DNA of 38,419 bases, taken from NCBI RefSeq assembly GCF_001194135.2, contig NC_068986.1, positions 98,082,192 to 98,120,610 on the forward strand. The letters run 5' to 3'. The notes under the pieces were generated by a model. The model was not told where the DNA came from, ran no database searches, and saw only the letters and a program-made list of their open reading frames with translations. Below are positions 24,674 through 33,703 of the stretch, in pieces (position 1 is the first letter of the stretch; every line of letters starts with the position of its first letter). The stretch is from Octopus bimaculoides (taxonomy: Eukaryota). Made by a program: the position numbers and the translations under genes.

Positions 24674-24877
24674 CTTAGAAACGGTGGAGAATAATTTATA
24701 GCACTGCATATACATTGATAGAGTAAAGCCAAAACATTTACTACATAACATTTTGAGCGATAGGATATATATTCCAAGAGGAAGAAAACGCCATAGATTA
24801 TTTCTGTCAATATCATATTGTTTGGTGTTGATAGCATCATATACATTGTTATAGTTAAGTGATGTTAACATATTCCA
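24674..24877 (-). CDS. Possible symmetric 204-nt exon (WNMLTSLNYNNVYDAINTKQYDIDRNNLWRFLPLGIYILSLKMLCSKCFGFTLSMYMQCYKLFSTVSK)
   Basis: CTATCTGCAG| acceptor, weak AAG|GTTTCG donor, open phase-0 frame. No recognisable domain. Confidence 0.22.
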
Positions 24878-25784
24878 CTGCAGATAGTATAAAATAGCTA
24901 ACAAACAATTATTATGTGAGGAGATAGAAAGATAGCAAAAAGTTTGTTAGTTAATGTTAAAATGTGTGATATTTTCTGGATTAAAAAAGCTGACTAGAAG
25001 TAATTATATGGTTAGAGTATCAATGTGTGTGTGTGTATGTGTGTATCTGTATGATACATGTATAGACCGACACAAACACACATACATATGTGTGTCTATG
25101 TGTGTGTGTGCGTGGTGGTGGTGGTCTTTCATACATAATACATTGTATTAATCAAAAAGTTTTTAACTCGAATATCCTTGTAATTAGAAGACAAAATCCT
25201 CCTTCAAACGTGTTTAAAATCTAAAAACTACAAAGTATACGATTCCAATGTCAACATTATCATCCCGTTCAATCAGTTATAAAATCACCGATGCTGTATG
25301 GAGAAGGAGAAACTCTATTTAAAATCAAATTGTGAAGGCTACACGTTTCATACATTTTAATTAATAGGTCATATTCTGAATAGCTAAATTGAGCGCGGCA
25401 TTGAATCCCCTACACTGTTACTGCTGTCTATCAACAGGCATTCACGAGTTCACTTATTGATTTCTAAACAATAAGAATACCAGGAAATATTGGAAATGAA
25501 GCGGTCAGTCATATCGTGTTCAATCCTTGCGCGGCAGGTATTTTGGCAACGTGGTTTAGAATGTAAAAGGAAAGTGGCTTAGATATTTCACCACATGCTA
25601 CATTGCCTTGTCTAACCTGTGTTTGTTGACGGAGTCATAAAGGTTTTGTCGAAACTTAGGTATGTGCTGGGCATGTTAAGGCCTGGTACAGCACATCCCC
25701 CTTCATGTCTGAATGCTTTCCACAGTGACGGAGAGGTAGACAAAAAGAAAGAACGAGAAAAAGTATCTATCGTAACACAAGGCG

Positions 25785-25925
25785 GATATATTACTTTTAT
25801 TGATCCTAAAAGGATGAAAGACAAATCAGACCATACTGGATATTTGAAATTCATATTGCAAAGCCGGAACGAATGTCTTGCAAGGTAATGTATCTAAACC
25901 ACAACGGGTTCTGCTAACCGGCTAT
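25785..25925 (-). mobile_element. SINE family 1, highly degenerate
   Basis: TACTTTTATTGATCCTAAAAGGATGAAAGACAAATCAGACC...GGTTCTGCTAACCGGCT. Confidence 0.6.
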
Positions 25926-25965
25926 TAATTTCTTAGTTTAAATATGTAAAAAATCAACACCTCTT

Positions 25966-26436
25966 TTATTGTACATTCAGAACACGAATGCCGTATTTGA
26001 CGGATTCTTTCACTCTAATGATAGCGATGTCTTACAAACTGTCGAACAGTTTTCTCCTAGGTATACAATTTTGTCATGGACACAATTTCAGGAAAATATC
26101 TCATAATAAATCATTTGCCAAAGAACTCCAAAATTTTGAAAGCCTCAGCCAGCTTTCTCTTCCTATTGGGATGACAGTTACTTCACTGTCCACGTTCTTA
26201 CAATTTTCTCTTTTACGAACTTGTAATTTTCCATTTTTCCAGCATTTTGTCACCTACCTGTGTAATATCAATAATCTTGGTTTCCTTCTTTTTATCTAAA
26301 ACAACAATGCCTCGTCTCCGAGCATCGATTGGAATATAAAGTCCCTTAAGGTCTTATATCTATTATTCTCAGTGACGCCTTCTGGTGTGTATTCGTACGG
26401 TTTCCAGTTTCATCTAAGACCGTACTTCTCACATAA
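25966..26436 (-). mobile_element. Degenerate RLE non-LTR retrotransposon fragment (subfamily F)
   Basis: Manual translation across frameshifts: LCEKYGL..PYEYTPEGVTENNRYKTLRDF..IDARRRGIVVLDKKKETKIIDI..ENYKFVKEKIVRTW..VTVIPI..IRVLNVQ*. Confidence 0.75.
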
Positions 26437-26514
26437 TTCTTCTTCTTCTTCTTCTTCTTCTTCTTCTTCTTCTTCTTCTTCTTCTTCTTCTTCTTCTTCT
26501 TCTTCTTCTTCTTC
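26437..26514 (+). repeat. (TTC)26 microsatellite
   Basis: Perfect 78-nt run abutting the 5' end of the subfamily F fragment. Confidence 0.98.
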
Positions 26515-26639
26515 GCCTAAGGTTAAATAGTAATTCCGTTTACGTTTGTGTAAGTGAGTTATTTTGGTTGGATTATATAGCCATTGATGTTACATTAATT
26601 TCTAAATTCTGTAACTGTCAAAATATACTTTTCTAGGTC

Positions 26640-26775
26640 TGAAATGTTTGTGGGAAGAGGCCAATTGATTAGATCGACCTCAGTACACAACTGGTATTCA
26701 ATTTATCGAAGGCCAAACGATGATAGCAAAGTCGACTTCGGCAGAATTTGAAATCAGAAAGTAAAGACAGACGGT
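26640..26775 (-). mobile_element. SINE family 1, partial
   Basis: ATCGACCTCAGTACACAACTGGTA..TTTATCGA..GCAAAGTCGACTTCGGCAGAATTTGAAATCAGAAAGTAAAG. Confidence 0.75.
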
Positions 26776-26869
26776 CATAATATTCAAACATTTCTCATGA
26801 AACCAGTACACTGTTTACAGATGCTTACATTTTAATGCTTTCCGCGAATTTTTCACATGTCAAGCTAGT

Positions 26870-27400
26870 TGTTATTACTATGTTGTTTTTTGCCTTCTTT
26901 CTTCAAATTTTCTTCTACTTCTCGCCGAGTGTTTTTCGTACACCTACGGTAGAGAAGCTCATTGTATACATTTCCAGTTTACACACGCAAATTCACAGAT
27001 AAGATATATATTTCACAAAATAAATAAATAAATAAATTCACAGCGATAATGCTCTTGTCAGTACATGAGTCAGTACCTTTTATTATCATTCCTAGAGATC
27101 CTATAATCACTGGTGCGGTAGTCGCCTAGAGGTGCCACATTTTTTTTTCAATTTCTATAAGCAAGACTTTATATTTACTGATCTTGTCAAGTTCTTTCGC
27201 CGTTATATTATGATCGCAAGGAATACTCATGTCAATTAATAAGCACTTCTTCTTTGTCTGATCTTTTATAATAATATCCGGTTTATTAGCTTTTATAGTT
27301 TTGTCGGTATGTACGGAGAAGTCTCAGAGAATCGATACATTTTCTCCCTCAGTCACAGCTTCAGGATGGTGTTTATACCATTTGTCAGCGGTCTTCTTTC
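26870..27400 (-). mobile_element. 5'-truncated RLE retrotransposon (subfamily C) with probable 3' UTR
   Basis: KTADKWYKHHPEAVTEGENVSIL*DFSVHTDKTIKANKPDIIIKD..CLLIDMSIPCD..KYK; near-identical to 31156-31541 but with a deletion of about 85 nt. The stop at about 27037-27039 is followed by about 150 nt ending in degenerate AACATAGTAATAACAAC (UTR assignment inferred). Confidence 0.88.
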
Positions 27401-27405
27401 TTCTT

Positions 27406-27552
27406 ACACTGAACACATCCTACGCAAAACACTTTCAATGCAGTAACGATAAGGGTATCACAGCAAACCAGAGCACATACCCAAGGCATAGAGAGCTGTG
27501 CTCGGTAGTGAAGTGAAAGCACGCTATAAAAATAAAACTACTGAATAATAAT
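27406..27552 (+). mobile_element. 3'-terminal piece of subfamily A RLE element with short ATAATAAT tail
   Basis: HILRKTLSMQ* plus a UTR of about 100 nt matching the reverse complement of 28451-28590. Confidence 0.9.
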
Positions 27553-28380
27553 CACTTTTAATCTCCCTAACTGAAATGACTAGCTCTGCCTGTTTGGGAC
27601 AGACTGCTGTTTGTTTCAATACTTGCAACCTTCTAGCATTCTTTTTGTTCTCCTTGTCTTTGCTCCAGATATCACTCCAAAAACTTTGACTTTCAATGTT
27701 GACTAGTATCAACTTTTCATCTGTATACTCTCCATTTATTTCTTTGTAGAATCTCTTCTGATCTACACTTAATAACCTATTCTGCTGGTAACCATTCATT
27801 CTTCGGTCGTATCTTACCATATTTGCTTTCTTTGTAACGAGGCGCTGTTTCAGTTCCTCCATTACCACTTTCAGGCACTTTCTGTTTAGCGCCCTGCATT
27901 TGGGTTTGCTTTTAAGCTCTCACTTCTCTTTTCGGTCTAATACAGAAATTTCCTTCGAGAGCATATATAACCCCGTCTGTATTCTTATTACTCTAGCTTG
28001 ATTACATTATCTCTGTTACGTGAGTTGAAACAATCCTCTTTTTCTCCACTGATCGGTATTCCCCAAAGATGAACACCATTTTCGTCTACAGGCTTGCTCA
28101 GCATTGATTTGTTTCTTCTATCTACGCCGTGTGTTGGTCCCTAGTTGAATAACGACAGAGTGAAGTTCGAGCAGTATCTCTGAGCCTGCCGAGTGTAGCA
28201 TTCTCACCATCAAAGGCTTCCGTTTTATTACCACTGTTATTCAGAATATCATGATTTTTCATTGTAACTCATATGAGGTAGTGATTATCAGGTTGCGCAG
28301 TTACCAGTGTTTTTTTTCTTTTGTGACACCATCACTAGCTGTATCATAAATCAGAGCATAAGGAGATTCCTACCGCTTTC
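27553..28380 (-). mobile_element. RLE retrotransposon pre-RT region fragment
   Basis: ORF 27524-27868 gives EELKQRL..RYDRR..YQQNRL..DQKRFYKEING..FWSDIWS, typical of the region upstream of RT in R4/Dong-like ORFs. The upstream extent is approximate. Confidence 0.75.
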
Positions 28381-28382
28381 GT

Positions 28383-28400
28383 TTATTATTATTATTATTA

Positions 28401-28450
<50 letters not shown>
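28383..28450 (-). repeat. (TAA)n array (TTA on +)
   Basis: 3' tail of the subfamily A copy. Confidence 0.97.
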
Positions 28451-29115
28451 GTTCAGTAATTTTATTTTTATAACGTGCTTTCACTCCACTACCGAGCGCA
28501 GCGCTGTGCGCCTTGGGTATGTGCTGTGGTTTGCTGTGGTGCTCTTATGTTTACTGTATTGAAAGTGTTTTGCGTAGAATGTGTGCAGTACCCAGTAGTG
28601 CAATTTTCTGTATGTTATATATATTTGTAAGTCTTGGTCCTCTTGTTATGTATTTGTGTGAATATTTTTTTATTATACCTAAGGCACCTACTATAATAGG
28701 AATTGTTTCTGTTTTTAGATTCCACATTCGAGTTACCTCTATTTCCAGGTCTTTGTATTTTGAAAGTTTTTCCATTTCTTTTCGAGAAACGTTGTCATCT
28801 GCTGGTATTGATACATCAATTAGNNNNNNNNNNNNNNNNNNNNNNNNNNNNNNNNNNNNNNNNNNNNNNNNNNNNNNNNNNNNNNNNNNNNNNNTTTTCT
28901 GTTGTTATTCCATAGTGTTGGCATAGCTTCCAGTGTATATAGGTCCCAGCTCTGTCGTGTCTGTGAATATATTCTTTCTTAGCCAGGACTGGGCAGCCAG
29001 AGATAATATGATTTATTGTTTCTTGTCGATCTCCACATATTCTACAGTTACTTGTTATATTTCTTTTCACTATGTGTTTTTGGTAATTTCTGGTGGGGAG
29101 GCTTTGGTCTTGTGC
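28451..29115 (-). mobile_element. 5'-truncated subfamily A RLE element flanked by TAA arrays on both sides (contains N gap 28824-28894)
   Basis: AQDQSLPTRNYQKHIVKRNITSNCRICGDRQETINHIISGC..HRHDRAGTYIHWKLC ... KEMEKLSKYKDLEIEVTRMW..IVGALG..LGTAHILRKTLSIQ* plus UTR. Confidence 0.95.
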
Positions 29116-29146
29116 ATTATCATTATTATTATTATTATTATTATTA

Positions 29147-29219
<73 letters not shown>

Positions 29220-29310
29220 CACTGATATTATTATTATTATTATTATCATTATTATTATCATTATAAATAATTCTCATAATAATAATAATAATAATAATTA
29301 TCATTATTAT
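29116..29310 (-). repeat. (TAA)n array with a short inverted block at 29276-29298
   Basis: TTA/TCA on +, switching to (ATA)n and back. Confidence 0.97.
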
Positions 29311-29311
29311 A

Positions 29312-29540
29312 AAGGCGGTGAGCTGGTAGAGTCGTTAGCACGCCGGGCGAAGTGCTTAGCGGTATTTCGTCTGCCGCTACCGTCTGAGTTCGAATTTCAC
29401 CGAGATTAATTTTGCTTTTCATCCTTTCGGGGTCGATTAAGTAAGTACCAGTTACGCACTGGAGTCGATGTAATCGACTTAGTCCCTTTGTCTGTCCTTG
29501 TTTGGCCCCTATATGTTTAGCCCCTTGTGGGCAATAAATA
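29312..29540 (+). mobile_element. SINE family 1, near full length
   Basis: A-box-like TGGTAGAGTCGTT, B-box-like GAGTTCGAATTTC, GGAGTCGATGTAATCGACTTA; followed by an ATT/GTT tail. Confidence 0.9.
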
Positions 29541-29606
29541 ATAATTATTATTTTTATCATTATTATTGTTGTTGTTGTTGTTGTTGTTTTTGTCGTTGTT
29601 GTTGTT

Positions 29607-29790
29607 TAAGCCAGTGAGCTGGCAGAATGGTTAGCATACCGGGCGAAATGCTCAGTGATATTTCCTCTGTCGGTACGTTCTGAGTTACGTTCTTATGTAA
29701 TCGATTCATCTGTTCTGATGACTCGCTACTTTCTGATGTAATCGACTTATCCTCTCCTGCAAAATTGCTGCCCTTGTCGAAAAATTTGAA
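29607..29790 (+). mobile_element. SINE family 1 with internal deletion and (ATT)n tail
   Basis: GAGCTGGCAGAATGGTTAGCA...GTTCTGAGTT...GATGTAATCGACTTA...AAAATTTGAAAC followed by (TAT)n. Confidence 0.85.
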
Positions 29791-29829
29791 ACTATTATTA
29801 TTATTATTTTTATTATTATTATTATTGAA

Positions 29830-30032
29830 TCAGGTGCGGTGGCAGAATCGTTAGCACGTTCGGCCAAATGCTTGGCGGCATTTGGTCGGTCTTTACGTAC
29901 AGTTGTCAAACTCCACCGAGGTTGACTTTGCCTTTCATCCTTTCTAATTTGAGAAGTACTAGTCATGCGCTGATGTCGATGAAATCGATCAGCCCCCTTC
30001 CTCCAAACTTCAGGTCATCTGCCTATGGCAGA
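29830..30032 (+). mobile_element. SINE family 1
   Basis: GTGGCAGAATCGTTAGCACG..GTCAAACTCCACCGAGGTTGACTTTGCCTTTCATCCTTTC..GATGTCGATGAAATCGA. Confidence 0.85.
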
Positions 30033-30055
30033 TATAATTATTATCGTTATTATTG

Positions 30056-30229
30056 TTGAGTGAGAGAACAGTGCATGCCATTAAAGTGACACTGGGGTAA
30101 AATATACGAAACCCAGAATACCCATCATAAGGGTAAACCAGGCACGTGTATCACAACCGTATGTGCGCGACATGGTAATCTCATATCCAGATAAACAGTA
30201 CATGACTTTGCAGGTGGGGCCCAGTTAGA
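30056..30229 (-). mobile_element. Non-coding TAA-tailed repeat, copy 1 (truncated)
   Basis: Aligns with 32161-32350 apart from a 15-nt deletion; ends in an AAT tail on the minus strand. Confidence 0.8.
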
Positions 30230-31155
30230 CTGCAAGAAGTGCCTTAAACTACTCTGTGATCATTCCCAAACAAGAAATACGTCTTCAATGAATCGTAACC
30301 AGATTATTGGTTTATGATCATAAAGAGATTTGAATGTCTTTACTAAATGTGTCTCGAACTTCGTCATGAAGACATTAGGATCACAGGATAATTCAATGGA
30401 CTTCTTGCATTTCTGTGACTGTTATGCTAGAAACTATGGCTTTACGTCCAACATAAAATTTTCGTCTAGTTTTTCAAAAACTAGTGTTGAATTTTTTGAC
30501 ACAAAAGTCAAGTTTTCTGGAGGCAGAATAGTGACAGAGTTATTTTGCCAGCCCACGTCATCCTTCATTTATCTCCACCACCGCGCTGATCACCCACATC
30601 ATCTTATTCGGTCAAATTCGAATCCCAATTTTTAAGGATAAAACGGATTTGTATTTACATAGGGGATTACTGGAAACCTGCAAATGCTTTTGTATATCAT
30701 TATGTCAAACGCGGTAACAGGGATTCACTATTAAAGGAAATAGCAAATGAAATACCTAAGATTAGCAAAGACAATCAAACCTTCACGCATAATTTTAGCA
30801 AACAATACAATAGATGACAGAATTTTTTTAGTGAATAGCAGGCACCGACATTTCGCTGGCATTTCAAAAGTGTTGCATGAAAGTTACCAGCATGTGGCGA
30901 AAAATAACCTCGTTTCAATCAGTTATTTCCTCAGCTGCCTATTGTAGACTTTAGACGGAATAAGAATATGAAAGAATTACTGACCTCTGTTTCTGACTCC
31001 AAGAAAACGAACATTGGAGTATCTGCATGCTGTACCTTCAAGAACAGCCGCAAGAGAGATAAGCCCTGTTCATTGTGCAACAACATGAGTAAAATGAATT
31101 TCATCAGGAATCATAACAGAAATGTTATGATTTATACAGAAGGTGGACGTTGTTT
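30230..31155 (+). mobile_element. Penelope-like element remnant (RT thumb to start of GIY-YIG region)
   Basis: IKFSSSFSKTSVEFFDTKV..TELFCQPT..YLHHRADHPHH, SQFLRIKRIC, FRRNKNMKELL and the CSLC cysteine pair; many stops and frameshifts. Confidence 0.8.
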
Positions 31156-32099
31156 TCACAGCGATAATGCTCTTCTTAGTACATAAGTCGTTCCAGTTAG
31201 CACGATTTTTGCACCTCCTGTAGAGATGGTAAGCCTGGTATCATTTTCAAATAGATTTCAGTACCTTCTTTTATCATTCCTAGATATCCTACAATCACTG
31301 GTATGGTAGTCGCCTTGAGGTGCCACATTTTTTCAATTTCTATTAGCAAGTCTTTATATTTACTGATCTTGTCAAATTCTTTCGCCGCTATATTATGATC
31401 ACAGGGAATACTCATGTCAATTAATAAACACGTCTTCTTTGTCTGATCTTTTATGATAATATCCGGTTTATTAGCTTTTATAGTCTTGTCGGTATGTACG
31501 GGGAAGTCCCAGAGAATCGATACATTTTCTCCCTCAGTCACANNNNNNNNNNNNNNNNNNNNNNNNNNNNNNNNNNNNNNNNNNNNNNNNNNNNNNNNNN
31601 NNNNNNNNNNNNNNNNNNNNNNNNNNNNNNNNNNNNNNNNNNNNNNNNNNNNNNNNNNNNNNNNNNNNNNNNNNNNNNNNNNNNNNNNNNNNNNNNNNNN
31701 NNNNNNNNNNNNNNNNNNNNNNNNNNNNNNNNNNNNNCTAACACTCTACACCCTGAGATTAGGTGGTCTATAGTTTCAATCGCATCGTTACAAAATCGGC
31801 ATTTTGGGTCAGCTCCATTTTTTATCACATTGGCTTGGTAGTTCCGGGTTAATAAGCTTTGGTCTTGAGTAGCCAATATGAAACCTTTACTCTCTGCTTT
31901 TAGCCCTGAACTTCGTAACCACTGATGCGTGCGTTTCTGGTCGACATCAGCTTGTTTGCTACGAGCCACACACTTGCCATGCAGAGGTTTCTGTTCCCAT
32001 CTGCTAGCTAATTTTTCATGTGCTTTTGTCTTTGCAATTAATTTTATTTTCTTTGCAGCAGCAGTCGGCGCATTTCCTTCAACCTGATCAAGTTGGTGG

Positions 32100-32100
<1 letters not shown>
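31156..32100 (-). mobile_element. 5'-truncated subfamily C RLE element (N gap 31543-31737)
   Basis: RWEQKPLHG..THQWLRSSGLKAESKGFI..CRFCNDAIETIDHLISGC ... ILWDFPVHTD..KPDIIIKD..LLIDMSIPCD..KYKDL..GTTYVLRRALSL*. The 5' end abuts (AAT)n. Confidence 0.95.
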
Positions 32101-32149
<49 letters not shown>

Positions 32150-32160
32150 CATCATCATCA
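32101..32160 (-). repeat. (TAA)n/(TGA)n array
   Basis: TTA then TCA on +. Confidence 0.97.
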
Positions 32161-32469
32161 TTGAGCGAGTGAGGGAGCAGTGCATGTCATCAAATTGGCA
32201 CCGGAGTAAAATATACGAAGCTCAGTATACCCATCATGACTACTCGTCTGATAAGGGTACATCAGGCACATGCATCGCAACCATCTGTGCGCGACGTGAT
32301 CTCATATCAAGATAAACAGCGCATGACCTTGTAGGTAGAGCCCAGTTAGAATTTTCTTCAGGTCGAGTAGCCCATCCCGCCCAAATAGTCCTTGAATAAG
32401 GGCTATTTATGGATGTTGACCGAAACGACCATGCTTCGAGAGGTGAATTATTCAAATCCCATAAAATTC
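32161..32469 (-). mobile_element. Non-coding TAA-tailed repeat, copy 2
   Basis: Homologous to 30056-30229 and extends about 120 nt further; terminates in the 32101-32160 array. Confidence 0.8.
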
Positions 32470-32997
32470 CTGCCTTATCGTGTCGATTTTCATATTCGTT
32501 TGGTGTCAGCGCAGGACATCCCGAGACGAGATGGTCTATTGTTTCGCCAAATGTGTCGCAGATTCTGCGTTTAGGGTCAGAAACGTTTTGAAGAACGTCA
32601 GACTGGTAGTTTTTTTTGTGAGCAAGCTTTGGTCTAGTGCTACCGATATGAAACCTTCTGTCTCTGCTTTCAGTCCTGAACTTCTCAACCACTGATGGGT
32701 TGTTGCTCGATCTACATCAGCATTTCGACTTCCAAGTATATACTGTCCCGGCAGACGCTTCTGGCTCCACCGCTCCTCATTTTTTTTCTGCCCGTCCTTT
32801 TTTGTAGTCTGCTTGTTTTGTGGCAGTGGTTCCAGGTTCTTCAACTATTTCCGGAGAAGTGCCAAGTTCCCTTGTGAATTTGCAAGCTTCCTTGGCAATA
32901 GAATGTGGCTTTTTGCGGCGTTTGTGTTTGCACACAAGTCGCAGCGTCCAATTCTCTGTACTGGATAAGTACCCGTTATAAGTACTCGCACTGAAAC
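32470..32997 (-). mobile_element. RLE retrotransposon fragment (subfamily D): post-RT and CCHC
   Basis: HSIAKEACKFTREL..RWSQKRLPGQY..THQWLRSSGLKAETEGFI..RICDTFGETIDHLVSGC..NRHDKAG. The 5' end abuts the (GAT)n/(AAT)n array. Confidence 0.9.
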
Positions 32998-33027
32998 ATC
33001 ATCATCATCATCATTATTATTATTATT

Positions 33028-33093
33028 GTTCATTAGTTTTATTTTTATAACGTGCTTTCACTTCACTACCGAGCGCAGCTCTGTGCGCCTTGG

Positions 33094-33094
<1 letters not shown>
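33028..33094 (-). mobile_element. 67-nt 3'-terminal mini-copy of subfamily A, between TAA arrays
   Basis: Identical to 33211-33277 except for one base; (TTA)n on both sides. Confidence 0.9.
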
Positions 33095-33147
<53 letters not shown>

Positions 33148-33160
33148 ATTATTATTATTA

Positions 33161-33210
<50 letters not shown>
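33095..33210 (-). repeat. (TAA)n array
   Basis: About 38 TTA units on +. Confidence 0.97.
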
Positions 33211-33703
33211 GTTCAGTAGTTTTATTTTTATAACGTGCTTTCACTTCACTACCGAGCGCAGCTCTGTGCGCCTTGGGTATGTGCTGTGGTTTGCTGTGGT
33301 GCTTTTATGTTTACTGTATTGAAAGTGTTTTGCGTAGAACNNNNNNNNNNNNNNNNNNNNNNNNNNNNNNNNNNNNNNNNNNNNNNNNNNNNNNNNNNNN
33401 NNNNNNNCCCAGTAGTGCAATTTTCTGTATGTTACATATATTTGTAAGTCCTGGTATTTTTGTTATGTATTTGTCTGAGTATTTTTTAATTATACCTAAG
33501 GCACCTACTATGATAGGAATTGTTTCTGTTTTTAGACTCCACATTCGAGTTATCTCTATTTCCAGGTCTTTGTATTTTGAAAGTTTTTCCATTTCTTTTC
33601 GAGAAACGTTGTCATCTGCTGGTATTGATACATCAATTAGAAAGCATTTTTTCCTTCATGATCTTTGACAACTATATCTGGTCTATTTGCCTTAATTTCT
33701 CTA
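33211..33703 (-). mobile_element. 5'-truncated subfamily A RLE element flanked by TAA arrays (N gap 33341-33407)
   Basis: REIKANRPDIVVKDHEGKKCFLIDVSIPADDNVSRKEMEKLSKYKDLEIEITRMW..VGALG..LRKTLSIQ* plus UTR; close paralog of 28451-28823. Confidence 0.95.

Noticed and set aside
28816-29409. Poly-Asn, poly-Ile and poly-Tyr ORFs (also 31538-32185 and 33026-33322)
   Set aside because: They are translations of (TAA)n arrays fused to TE fragments.
27037-31158. Both subfamily C copies appear to end exactly at the stop codon
   Set aside because: The 27 kb copy continues into about 150 nt ending in a degenerate TAA-like tail, which is probably the UTR; only the 31 kb copy is truncated.
31140-31186. 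HSDN read as part of the Penelope GIY-YIG lead-in
   Set aside because: The same bases occur in the 27 kb RLE paralog, so they belong to the antisense RLE C-terminus.
28824-33407. Gap lengths implying insertions or deletions inside RLE copies
   Set aside because: The 33341-33407 gap is 67 N where the 28.58 kb paralog needs only about 11 nt, so gap sizes are unreliable estimates.
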